Assembly (NCBI GenBank): GCA_016931215.1
Contig: JAFGFD010000135.1
Coordinates: 1 to 38,118 of the forward strand
DNA: 38,118 nt
Direction: 5' to 3'
Source of the DNA: Candidatus Omnitrophota bacterium
GTDB lineage: Bacteria; Omnitrophota; Gorgyraeia; JAHIPI01
Below the pieces are notes generated by a model. The model made no database searches. It was not told the DNA's origin and worked only from the letters and a program-made list of their open reading frames with translations. Each line of letters starts with the position of its first letter. The stretch's first letter is position 1. Both the position numbers and the translations under genes were made by a program. Below, piece after piece: positions 18,723 to 27,609 of this stretch.

Positions 18723-20855
18723 TTATCTCCTTGCGCCGGGTTCGGGGCCTCGGTACGTCGTCCTGAAGAAGAACGGTATGTCGGGGAATGCCTTGAGGCG
18801 GAATATTACCCAGAACGTATAATCGGTCTCGTCCTCTATCCTGCAAGTCAGCTCGGAAGACCAACAGTGGAGATCTTTTACTATGGTGTACTCCTGCTCC
18901 TGAAACTGCTTTTCCTGTAACTCGTACCTATTATATATTCTGAAACCCCATCTCTTCTTCCAGTCCTTATTGGGTATGTCATAATTGAAGTAGCTGGTGA
19001 CTTGAGAGTTCTCGTCTTGTTCGTATCTATATCCCGCTCCGAACGTCATATCTTTATACTTTGTCACGTGTAGATCCGCGTTGAATGTGTCAAACTGACG
19101 AGCTTCTCTGTCAAGGTGCGCCTCGGCGTCGAAGTACAACCAGTCATAAGGGCGCGTCTCGAGATCATATTTTATGCCAAGGAGCTTATTGTCCTGGCCG
19201 AAGTCATCGAGAAATACGTATTCGCTCGACACTATAAACGAAAGGAGGTCAACGGTCTTTTCAGAGCCGTCATCGGCATGCCTCTTCGTCTGCAATTTAT
19301 GCTCGATTGCCAATTCCACGCTGTTTTTTTGCCTGATAGCGTCTATCTCGTCGAACTGAAGGAGATCTTCCGGAGAGACCTTTGGTTCCCTTATGTATTC
19401 ATAGCGGGCGCTCGGAATGATGAGGTGGCGGATCTTGTTGATATCCAGGTTCAAAAAATTTGTCTCAACGTCGTAAATCTTGTAACTCCGGGCGTATATA
19501 TCCACTCCCGTATTATACAGATCGCGCACGATATTGTCGTTACCGGCTTCGTCCTCCGTGTAAAAAGTCTGTCTCGTTCCTATAAAAGGATTGAGGTTCA
19601 GGAACCCGAACAGCGAAAATGGGTACGATAGCTCATTGTAGGTATCGGCCCTCGTAGCGTCATAACTGTCTCCGGCCCTTGCCCCATCGACGTCGTTGGC
19701 AAAACTCTTATTGAGAACGGCTATACTCGAAGTGTTCGTGTAGTAAAGATTCAAATGGTTCAATAACTTCAATTTTCTAATATTCAGGCGCGCCTCCGGC
19801 AGCCTCTCGGTTACGGTGAAGAAATCGTTTACCTTCGGGCGATATAACATGGAAAGGGTGTAATTCTCCTTTGCGCCGATAAGGGTAAGATAAGTCTGCG
19901 GCTCGTGGTCCAGTTCATATTCCTCTTTATAGAAAAAATCCTTTATGAAATCCCGGTCGCTCAATTTATGAAATTCGCCGGCCATGAATGTGTTTTCGTC
20001 GACCGGCCACTTATGGCGTACCTGAACCCTGTATCTTTTATCGTCGATGCCGCTGCCGGGCTCTTTGTCGTGCAGATAATAGAATCTTGCGTATCCTTTG
20101 CCGAATTTCTCCATTCCGTATTTGTAATCCAGCCCCTCCGCAAACCCTCTCTTGGACCTCCAGTCCACGTGGACGTGGCCTTTGGAATCGGGATGAAAGT
20201 AGTACCGCCAGCTCGACAGAAGATAAGCCCCCCACTCATCGTTATGGCCGGGTACCAGATTCACCTGAGGTAGATTGTCTTTCAACGGATGATTATAATA
20301 AGGGATGTACATAATCGGCATGTCTCCGACATAGAACAAGACGTTCCAGGCGGTTACCCGGTCGCCCAGATATATCTTGATGGTCCTTGCCTCGATCCTG
20401 TAATGCGGCTTCTCATAGTCGCAGGTTGTAATATAACTCTTATTGAGGTCGAATTCTTGGTCAGCGACTTTCTCGATGGATTCGGCGTTTCCGTACCAGG
20501 GCGGCATCTTCATCTCGCCGTTTATCAACTCTCCCGTCTTATTTTCGAAATTATAAACGACGTTCTCCGCGCTGAAGACGTTATCCTGTTGATACAGCGT
20601 CACGTTACCTTCCGCTAAGCCCTCTTTCGCATCCAGGTTGACAGTGATCTTATCACAAGTAATCCTGATATCCTTGTAATTTATAGAGACGTTACCCGTT
20701 CCCGTAACTATCTTATTCGCATGATCGTACTGGACTTTGTCGCCGTTCACCACAATAGGAAGTGTCTTGGTATCAATGTCCTCGCCCTCTGCCGATGCAG
20801 CGGCCACCAGCAGTAGTGGAAAAATGATATATGATAACAGTATTTTTTTGAACAT
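18723..20855 (-). CDS. lptD: LPS assembly protein LptD
   Basis: Signal peptide, OstA-like N-domain, TTCDYEKPHY, aromatic-rich beta-barrel C-terminus. Confidence 0.82.
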   Translation of the reverse strand: MFKKILLSYIIFPLLLVAAASAEGEDIDTKTLPIVVNGDKVQYDHANKIVTGTGNVSINYKDIRITCDKITVNLDAKEGLAEGNVTLYQQDNVFSAENVVYNFENKTGELINGEMKMPPWYGNAESIEKVADQEFDLNKSYITTCDYEKPHYRIEARTIKIYLGDRVTAWNVLFYVGDMPIMYIPYYNHPLKDNLPQVNLVPGHNDEWGAYLLSSWRYYFHPDSKGHVHVDWRSKRGFAEGLDYKYGMEKFGKGYARFYYLHDKEPGSGIDDKRYRVQVRHKWPVDENTFMAGEFHKLSDRDFIKDFFYKEEYELDHEPQTYLTLIGAKENYTLSMLYRPKVNDFFTVTERLPEARLNIRKLKLLNHLNLYYTNTSSIAVLNKSFANDVDGARAGDSYDATRADTYNELSYPFSLFGFLNLNPFIGTRQTFYTEDEAGNDNIVRDLYNTGVDIYARSYKIYDVETNFLNLDINKIRHLIIPSARYEYIREPKVSPEDLLQFDEIDAIRQKNSVELAIEHKLQTKRHADDGSEKTVDLLSFIVSSEYVFLDDFGQDNKLLGIKYDLETRPYDWLYFDAEAHLDREARQFDTFNADLHVTKYKDMTFGAGYRYEQDENSQVTSYFNYDIPNKDWKKRWGFRIYNRYELQEKQFQEQEYTIVKDLHCWSSELTCRIEDETDYTFWVIFRLKAFPDIPFFFRTTYRGPEPGARR

Positions 20856-20875
20856 ATTCCCCCTTGATTAGGATT

Positions 20876-21529
20876 TTATTTTACCTCGACTTTCATCTTG
20901 TTCCAATCATCTATGAATCTCTGAATACCGATATCGGTAAGCGGGTGTTTTACGAGCTTCATAAGGGCCTCGTAAGGAACCGTAGCGATGTCGGCTCCTA
21001 TCTTCGCCGCTTCAAGAACATGCAGTGGGTGTCTTATACTCGCTACGATTATTTCAGTTTTAAAACCATAATTTTTATAGATGGCCTTGATATCCCTTAC
21101 GATATCCATGCCTATGTGGCTGATATCGTCAAGCCGCCCTATAAACGGACTTATATAAGTAGCTCCCGATTTAGCCGCAAGTAAAGCCTGATTAGCCGAA
21201 AAACACAGCGTAACATTTGTCCTCACTCCTTCCCGCGAAAGAACCTTTACGGTTCTAAGGCCATCGGGAATAAGAGGAATCTTTATGACAACATTCTTAT
21301 CTATCCGGGAAAGGGCCCTGGCTTCATCGAGCATCTCTTCATAATCAAGCGCCATCACCTCGGCGCTGACAGGACCATCCACGATCGAGCAGATCTCTTT
21401 TACCAGAGCTGTAAAATCTTTGCCCTCCCGGGCGACCAGAGTAGGATTTGTCGTTACGCCGTCTATAATACCTAGATTATTGGCTTGCCTTATATGCTCT
21501 ATGTTCGCCGTATCTATGAATATCTTCAT
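20876..21529 (-). CDS. fsa: Transaldolase / fructose-6-phosphate aldolase (TalC/MipB family)
   Basis: [35 protein letters not shown]. Confidence 0.93.
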   Translation of the reverse strand: MKIFIDTANIEHIRQANNLGIIDGVTTNPTLVAREGKDFTALVKEICSIVDGPVSAEVMALDYEEMLDEARALSRIDKNVVIKIPLIPDGLRTVKVLSREGVRTNVTLCFSANQALLAAKSGATYISPFIGRLDDISHIGMDIVRDIKAIYKNYGFKTEIIVASIRHPLHVLEAAKIGADIATVPYEALMKLVKHPLTDIGIQRFIDDWNKMKVEVK

Positions 21530-21546
21530 CGGTTCCTCTTTAGTAT

Positions 21547-21637
21547 GGTGTACGGTTTAAGGTGTATGTTTCACGGCTACCGGTTGCTGGTTTATATTTT
21601 TTCTTTTCCGCTAACCAAAAACCGTGAACCATTAACC
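21547..21637. repeat. Inverted heptamer array, GGTNNAY family
   Basis: Seven GG-type units at 21547-21595, a T-rich loop, then gctaacc aaaaacc gtgaacc attaacc at 21610-21637, touching the ROK stop codon. Confidence 0.9.
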
Positions 21638-22611
21638 TAAGAAATTTTTTTTAATAAATTTATTTTGACCAGCTCTGCGGCGCCTATGACGCCCGCATCG
21701 TTACCTAGTTTTGCCCTTACAACCTTGGCCGTCCTACCCTGAATCGCCATGGCCCTTTTTTTCAAGGTCTCTCTAAGCGGCCTGAAGACCAAATCACCCG
21801 CGCCGGCAATCCCTCCTCCTATTATTATCAATTCGGGATTCAACAGGTTTACGACTCCGGTAAGTGCCACTCCCAGGTGTTCACCCATCTCCCGCCACTT
21901 ATTGAGAGCATATCGATCACCGCCTAGTGCGGCCTTTGTAAGCATCTCAGGCGTTATATCCGCTATTCTATTGTTAGATATCGCCAGGACGGATGTCCTG
22001 ACGCCTCTTCTAATATCTTTTTTCACTTCTTTTAAAAAATACTCCCTGCCCACGTACGCCTCTATGCACCCAATGCCTCCGCAGTTGCACCTGGGCCCCT
22101 TTTCGTTTATGGGCACATGGCCGATCTCGCCCGCTACCAGGTCTTGGCCTCTACGCATCTTGCCGTCGATTATAACGGCTCCTCCCACGCCTGTGCCCAA
22201 AGTAAGGCATATAACGTTATCGTAACCTCTTCCCGCTCCGTACGTGACTTCGCCTCTCGCCATTACCTTTACGTCGTTGTCGACAAAAGTAGGTAAGCCT
22301 GTCTTTTTTTCCAAAAGCTTCTTAAGAGGGACGTTTTTCCAGGCCGGAATATTTATAAAATAAAAAACCAGGCCTCTCTTAAAATCCAGTAGGCCTGGTA
22401 CACCGATTCCCAATCCCAAAAAATCGCGTTTTTTCAATCTTAATCTCCGAGAGAGGGAATCCAACAAATCCGATACGGCATCTATCAGGGCGTTCTTCCT
22501 ATGCATCTGAGTGCTGAAATTATCTTTGAGGAGGATATGCCCTTTTAAATCGAGTATGGCGACCTTCGTTTGTGTGGCCCCTACGTCCACACCTGCCAAA
22601 AATTTATTCAT
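21637..22611 (-). CDS. ROK family sugar kinase (glucokinase)
   Basis: GVDVGAT, LGTGVGG, EIGH...CNCG...GCIE zinc motif, NDAGVIGAA. Confidence 0.9.
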   Translation of the reverse strand: MNKFLAGVDVGATQTKVAILDLKGHILLKDNFSTQMHRKNALIDAVSDLLDSLSRRLRLKKRDFLGLGIGVPGLLDFKRGLVFYFINIPAWKNVPLKKLLEKKTGLPTFVDNDVKVMARGEVTYGAGRGYDNVICLTLGTGVGGAVIIDGKMRRGQDLVAGEIGHVPINEKGPRCNCGGIGCIEAYVGREYFLKEVKKDIRRGVRTSVLAISNNRIADITPEMLTKAALGGDRYALNKWREMGEHLGVALTGVVNLLNPELIIIGGGIAGAGDLVFRPLRETLKKRAMAIQGRTAKVVRAKLGNDAGVIGAAELVKINLLKKIS

Positions 22612-22618
22612 AATGGCA

Positions 22619-23722
22619 TCATACGATTGTGTTCTCTGTTTCTTTGTCGAAAAAGTGGACTTTATTCATATCGATAACGACTTCTATGTTCTTCCCCAAC
22701 TCAGGCGTACTGCGCGATCCCACCCTGGCTATGAAATTATGCTTTGGTGTCTTTAAGTATAAATATACCTCCGAGCCCATGGTTTCTACGACATCGACTT
22801 GCACCTTGACTGTGTTATCGGATTCCGATTTCGTCACAAATAATTTGTCATATATATCTTCGGGCCTGACGCCGAATATCACCTCCTTATTTATGAATTG
22901 AGCTAACGCGCTTTTCATCTTATCGACCGTGCCGAGCTGGAAATTGCCTTCGTCAAAGAACAATTTACCTTTTTTCTCGATCAGGGTGCCGTTCATGAAG
23001 TTCATCGGCGGGCTGCCGATGAATCCCGCAACAAATTTATTGACCGGTTTATCATAGATCTTCATCGGGGTGTCGCATTGGTTTATCACGCCGTCTCTCA
23101 TGACCGCTACCCTGTCTCCGAGAGTCATCGCCTCGACTTGATCATGAGTAACGTAGATCATGGTGGTCTGAAGCCTGTTATGAAGCTTATGTATTTCGGT
23201 CCTCATCTGTACGCGGAATTTTGCGTCTAAATTGGACAACGGTTCGTCAAAAAGAAAGACCATGGGTTTTCTTACTATGGCGCGGCCAACGGCTACGCGC
23301 TGCTTCTGTCCGCCGGATAGTTCCTTGGGCTTTCTTTTCAAAAGCTTGCCTATGCCCAGTATCTCCGCTGCGTCCACAACGCGTTTGTCTATTTCGCCCT
23401 TAGGGATCTTTCTAAGTTTAAGTCCGAAGGCCATGTTATTATAGACATTCATGTGAGGGTATAAAGCGTAATTCTGAAATACCATGGCGATATCCCTGTC
23501 CTTCGCAGGGACATCATTGACGATTCTATCGCCTATGTATATCTCTCCCGATGTTATCTCTTCGAGGCCGGCGATCATGCGAAGCACCGTGGACTTGCCG
23601 CACCCCGAGGGGCCGACCAAGACCAGAAACTCTCTGTTTTCCACTCCGAGAGTCACATCCTTCGCCGCCTCTACGTTTTCTCCGTATATCTTGGTAACAT
23701 TCTTCAGGCTTACTTGCGCCAT
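22619..23722 (-). CDS. Sugar ABC transporter ATP-binding protein (MalK/MsmX/UgpC family)
   Basis: GPSGCGKS, LSGGQ, DEPLSNLD, FVAGFIGSP, TOBE C-terminus. Confidence 0.95.
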   Translation of the reverse strand: MAQVSLKNVTKIYGENVEAAKDVTLGVENREFLVLVGPSGCGKSTVLRMIAGLEEITSGEIYIGDRIVNDVPAKDRDIAMVFQNYALYPHMNVYNNMAFGLKLRKIPKGEIDKRVVDAAEILGIGKLLKRKPKELSGGQKQRVAVGRAIVRKPMVFLFDEPLSNLDAKFRVQMRTEIHKLHNRLQTTMIYVTHDQVEAMTLGDRVAVMRDGVINQCDTPMKIYDKPVNKFVAGFIGSPPMNFMNGTLIEKKGKLFFDEGNFQLGTVDKMKSALAQFINKEVIFGVRPEDIYDKLFVTKSESDNTVKVQVDVVETMGSEVYLYLKTPKHNFIARVGSRSTPELGKNIEVVIDMNKVHFFDKETENTIV

Positions 23723-23753
23723 CCCGTCTCCACAATCTACTTTATTATAGAAA

Positions 23754-24596
23754 TCACGAAAAATAATGGATAAGCTTGTTGATGCAATCTCTTAAGTCTT
23801 TCCTAGAGATTACCATATCTATGAGTCCGTGTTCAAGCATAAACTCAGAAAGTTGAAACCCCTCGGGTAACTTCTGCCGTATGGTCTGTTCTATCACCCT
23901 CGGGCCGGTAAAACCTATGAGTGCCTTTGGCTCGGCTATAATGACATCTCCGAGAGAAGCAAAGCTCGCCATGATCCCGGCCATTGTGGGATGCGTAAGC
24001 AGCGATATGAATAAGTGACCGGCTTTATTGTGCCTGCTTATCGCGGCGCTGGTCTTGGCCATCTGCATCAGGGAAAACATCCCCTCGTACATCCTGGCCC
24101 CGCCGCCCGATCCGGAACAGATGACAATAGGCAGTTTTGACTCGGTAGCCTTTTCTATGGCGCGGGTGATCTTTTCTCCTACGACGGAACCCATGCTCCC
24201 CATGATAAACCGTGAATCGGTCACGGCAAATATCAATCTGTTCCCCTCTATCTTACCCTCGCCCGCAATGACGGCTTCTTTAAGACCCGTTGTCTTCTTG
24301 TCGCTCTCCAGTTTGTCCTTATATTTTTTTGGCCCCTTGAACCCCAGAGGGTCCTTGGATGTCATCTCCTTGTCAAACTCATGGAAACTATCTTTATCTA
24401 ATGTATATTTTATTCTTTCATGGGCGTTTAAGGTAAAGTGGTAGTTACACTTCGGGCATACCTTAAGGTTTTCCTCGAGTTTCTTGTTGTAAATAATCTC
24501 TCCGCATTCATCGCACTTTGTCCAGAGCCCCTTCGGAATGTCCTTCTTCTTCGAAACCTTTACTATCGTATATCTTGGTTTTCCAAACAGCGGCAT
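23754..24596 (-). CDS. accD: Acetyl-CoA carboxylase carboxyltransferase beta subunit
   Basis: LWTKCDEC...CPKC zinc ribbon, [30 protein letters not shown]. Confidence 0.96.
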   Translation of the reverse strand: MPLFGKPRYTIVKVSKKKDIPKGLWTKCDECGEIIYNKKLEENLKVCPKCNYHFTLNAHERIKYTLDKDSFHEFDKEMTSKDPLGFKGPKKYKDKLESDKKTTGLKEAVIAGEGKIEGNRLIFAVTDSRFIMGSMGSVVGEKITRAIEKATESKLPIVICSGSGGGARMYEGMFSLMQMAKTSAAISRHNKAGHLFISLLTHPTMAGIMASFASLGDVIIAEPKALIGFTGPRVIEQTIRQKLPEGFQLSEFMLEHGLIDMVISRKDLRDCINKLIHYFS

Positions 24597-24615
24597 ATCG
24601 ACTCCGTTATGTCTT

Positions 24616-24769
24616 TAGTCGATAGTCAATGGACTATGGTCTATAGACTATGGAAAAATTTTAAATCCTTATACTCCAGAATTTTTATTGTCGGGACAAC
24701 TACTAATCCTATATGCTAAACGCTGTCTCTCTTGTTCTCCTGTGCCCTTGTGACTTGTGTTCTTGTGCG
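24616..24769. repeat. Composite of short-period arrays (TRGWCNA heptamer, CGCTA heptamer remnant, CYTGTGNN octamer)
   Basis: tagtcga tagtcaa tggacta tggtcta tagacta tgg (24616-24653); ctatatg ctaaacg ct (24709-24724); cttgttct cctgtgcc cttgtga cttgtgtt cttgtgcg (24731-24769). Confidence 0.85.
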
Positions 24770-24784
24770 CTTATAACTGAAAAT

Positions 24785-24813
24785 ATTATACCTATTTATT
24801 CTTCTTATGTAAA
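24785..24813 (-). promoter_or_regulatory. Putative sigma70 promoter for accD and downstream genes
   Basis: TTTACA (24813-24808), 17 nt, TATAAT (24790-24785). Confidence 0.65.
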
Positions 24814-25436
24814 CCAATAAGTTCTCTTGCCTTCTCAACGGCGCTGGATGCATCTTTTGCATATCCGTCTGCCCCAATAGAACGGGCGAATTCATCCGTT
24901 ATCGGAGCTCCGCCCACCATTGTCTTTACCCGATTTCCGAGGCCCTGTTCCTTCAAACGCTCGATAACATGTTTCATCACCCCCATGGAAGTCGTCAAAA
25001 GACTGGACATCGCGATTATATTCATCTCTTCTTGTTTCGCGGCATCTATAAATTTCTCAACCGGCACATCTATGCCCAAATCCATGACTTCGAAGCCCGC
25101 TCCCCTAAACATCATCGCGACCAAATTCTTGCCTATATCGTGCAGGTCCCCTTTTACCGTGCCGATGCAGACCTTCGCCAAGGGCCGTATTCCGCTTGCC
25201 GAAAGCAGAGGTTCCAGAATATTCAGCCCTGCGTGCATAGCCTTGGCCGATATGAGAACCTCGGGTATGAATATCTCATTTTCCCTGAACTTGGCGCCGA
25301 CATCATCCATTCCTTTTATTAAAGTATCCAGAACCGTCTTTACGCCGTTTCCCTCATCGAGAGCCTGCTTTGTAAGCTCGCTGACTCTACCTATCTCGCC
25401 ATTGTTCAAGGCCTCTATAATAGACTCGAGCTTCAT
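24792..25436 (-). CDS. Corrinoid (B12-binding) protein of the MtbC/MttC methyltransferase-cognate family
   Basis: Cap domain IFIPEVL, GDLHDIGKN (DxHxxG), SSLLTT, MVGGAP. Start moved from 25514, which lies inside a repeat, to ATG 25436 with an AAGGA SD. Confidence 0.9.
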   Translation of the reverse strand: MKLESIIEALNNGEIGRVSELTKQALDEGNGVKTVLDTLIKGMDDVGAKFRENEIFIPEVLISAKAMHAGLNILEPLLSASGIRPLAKVCIGTVKGDLHDIGKNLVAMMFRGAGFEVMDLGIDVPVEKFIDAAKQEEMNIIAMSSLLTTSMGVMKHVIERLKEQGLGNRVKTMVGGAPITDEFARSIGADGYAKDASSAVEKARELIGLHKKNK

Positions 25437-25468
25437 ATGCATCCTTTCGCCAATATAGCTAACTTCGC

Positions 25469-25571
25469 TAAACGGGACATCTTCTTCGAAAATGTCCCGT
25501 TTAAATTCACCCACCGATGCTGCGGGACACTTTCGTTGAAAATGTCCCGTTTAAATTCACCCACCGATGCT
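25469..25571. repeat. Two tandem 50-bp units, each a REP-like hairpin
   Basis: 34 bp are identical at 25488-25521 and 25538-25571; taaacgggacat/atgtcccgttta form a perfect 12-bp stem. Confidence 0.9.
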
Positions 25572-26863
25572 TAAAACTTGTTCATGACGAGGCCTGTCAA
25601 TAGCTTCGGATAAAAATATGTCGACTTATGAGGCATCCTATCGCCCGATCTCGCTATATTGCGCACCTCTATTACCTTGGTGGGTAGCTGGAAAAATGCC
25701 GCTTCGCACTCGCCGCTCTCCACCAGTTTTATTGCGTAATCTTCTTCCCGTGTATAGATAATATTTTTATCGTTGGATAGGTTCCGTTCGATGTTCAAGA
25801 TATGATCAAATATCAAAAAATGCAGAACCGTAACATTCAACCTTTTCCATTCACGCGATTTATCGACCTTTATTACTTCATCCAGCACGGATTCATCCTT
25901 CAATGTCAAGAGGTAGAGCCTCTTGTTCTTGAAATACATTCCGAATGCGTAAGCCTTTTTTTTCTGTTCAAGCCTTTTGAACAATTCATTCTTATCTTTA
26001 ACCGTACTTATGTAAAAATAAGGGCTCAGCTTCTTTTCAATCTCCGAAAAATCCATATTGCCCATATCCCTTACGATTCGATAGGTAGAGAATATGACCA
26101 GATTTTCATCGGTTAGATTGGAGAAGAACGCCATTACATTATCATAGAGCCTTGCCTTGATCCTTCCGAGACGCCTTCTCATCTCATCTCTATAGGCAAG
26201 CGCCACTTCATATCTATGGTGGCCGTCGGCGATAAAGACCTGTTTTGAATCCATGCATCTTTGTATCATCTCAATGCCTCGGGGGTCCGACAGTCTCCAC
26301 AATTTATGCCTTACCCCTTCAAAATGGATGTCGACGATAGGGGAGGCCTTCCGGGCATATCCCTTGATTATTCCTGTCACTTTATTGTGATCGTCCTGAT
26401 AAATGCAGAATATCGGGCTGGTATTGGCTTTTGTCTTCCTTATGAGATTGAGTCGGTCTGCCTTAGGTTTAGAAAAGGTATACTCGTGCGGAAGGACGAG
26501 GCTCGAAGAAGGGTCTTCTATCTTCATCACGGATATGAAGCCTATCCTTTTATTCAATTTACCTCTGTAGAGATACTGCTGCTCGTAGATATATATTGAA
26601 GATCGCTTATCCTGTTTCAATATGCCGTCTCTTAACCATTCAGTAAGATGATCGGCTGCTCTCGTGTACTTATTATTCCTGGGGGTGTCGCCGTCAAATT
26701 CCTTGCCTAAAATTATCCTTACGACATTATTGGGGTGGGTCTTGTATAATTCTTCCCTCATATGGTCGGAGATCACATCATAAGGCGGGGCTGATACAGC
26801 CGCAATATCTTCTATCAATTCAGTGTTGTATAAAATCCCCTTAAATGATTTTATCTTGGCCAT
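25571..26863 (-). CDS. DUF1015 family protein
   Basis: PPYDVI, PHEYT, IADGHHRY, MPHKSTYFYPKLLTGL. Confidence 0.92.
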   Translation of the reverse strand: MAKIKSFKGILYNTELIEDIAAVSAPPYDVISDHMREELYKTHPNNVVRIILGKEFDGDTPRNNKYTRAADHLTEWLRDGILKQDKRSSIYIYEQQYLYRGKLNKRIGFISVMKIEDPSSSLVLPHEYTFSKPKADRLNLIRKTKANTSPIFCIYQDDHNKVTGIIKGYARKASPIVDIHFEGVRHKLWRLSDPRGIEMIQRCMDSKQVFIADGHHRYEVALAYRDEMRRRLGRIKARLYDNVMAFFSNLTDENLVIFSTYRIVRDMGNMDFSEIEKKLSPYFYISTVKDKNELFKRLEQKKKAYAFGMYFKNKRLYLLTLKDESVLDEVIKVDKSREWKRLNVTVLHFLIFDHILNIERNLSNDKNIIYTREEDYAIKLVESGECEAAFFQLPTKVIEVRNIARSGDRMPHKSTYFYPKLLTGLVMNKF

Positions 26864-26882
26864 CTATAGATAATTCCCGATA

Positions 26883-27257
26883 TCAATCTTTCGCGCTCTT
26901 CCTATAAACAAGAGAGCCTAAAATTACTCCCAATGTATCGAAAAGAAAATCCGATACTGTGGCAAATCGGCCCGGTACCACGCTCTGATGAAGCTCGTCC
27001 GTAAAACCATAGAATGTCCCTATGATAAAAGATATTAATATACCGATCTTCCAGGACATGGTCTTATCCGAACCGTGTACGGCCCTCATCAAGAGATAGC
27101 CGAATATCCCATATTCCAGCATGTGAAGCAGCTTGTCTAAATTATCTTCTGCGAATTTCAGGCCAAAGGGCTCTTCCAGTGAAGAGAACCAGAAAATTAA
27201 TATAGCATAAAATATGGGAGGAAGCCAGAATTTTATAAAATGTTTGATTAAATTCAT
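26883..27257 (-). CDS. VanZ-like family membrane protein
   Basis: DKLLH..EY, DELHQSVVPGR, D...D motif. Confidence 0.88.
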   Translation of the reverse strand: MNLIKHFIKFWLPPIFYAILIFWFSSLEEPFGLKFAEDNLDKLLHMLEYGIFGYLLMRAVHGSDKTMSWKIGILISFIIGTFYGFTDELHQSVVPGRFATVSDFLFDTLGVILGSLVYRKSAKD

Positions 27258-27529
27258 TTTTTAACCGTATTCTGCTGGCAGGCTGCGCAGCCGGGGTCCG
27301 AATCTTTTGCTTTCGGGCACTGAGAAGATCCCTTTTCCTTCTCTTTGCCCCTTTTATAATCCGTTTCGTAGAAGCCCGAACCTTTAAAAATTATACCCGC
27401 GCCGTAACCTATCAATCTTCTAATCTCGGATCTGCATTTCGGGCACTCCTTTAACGGTTCGTCTTTCATGCTCTGAAATGCCTCGAATCTATGTCCGCAT
27501 TTTATGCATTCGTATTCATAAGTCGGCAT
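27254..27529 (-). CDS. FmdB family zinc ribbon protein
   Basis: MPTYEYECIKCGH...CPKC...FKGSGFYETDY. Confidence 0.92.
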   Translation of the reverse strand: MPTYEYECIKCGHRFEAFQSMKDEPLKECPKCRSEIRRLIGYGAGIIFKGSGFYETDYKRGKEKEKGSSQCPKAKDSDPGCAACQQNTVKK

Positions 27530-27545
27530 ATTATTTTCTTTCTGT

Positions 27546-27573
27546 TTCGTCGTTCGTCGTGCGTATGTCGTAT
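27546..27573. repeat. Short degenerate heptamer array (TCGTCGT type)
   Basis: ttcgtcg ttcgtcg tgcgtat gtcgtat; a short complementary tacgca lies at 27591-27596. Confidence 0.6.
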
Positions 27574-27609
27574 TGAGCGAAAGCCTTCACTACGCATCAT
27601 CATGTTTTA

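Noticed and set aside
23744-23749. TATAAT on the minus strand upstream of the MalK-type gene
   Set aside because: There is no convincing -35 or extended -10, so it is not supportable alone.
25437-25514. N-terminal extension of the corrinoid ORF in the track
   Set aside because: It is translated repeat sequence; a better SD-supported ATG lies at 25436.
25469-25571. Possible mini-CRISPR (34-bp direct repeat x2)
   Set aside because: There are only two copies, the 16-nt intervening segment is itself part of the palindrome and similar between units, and there are no cas genes.
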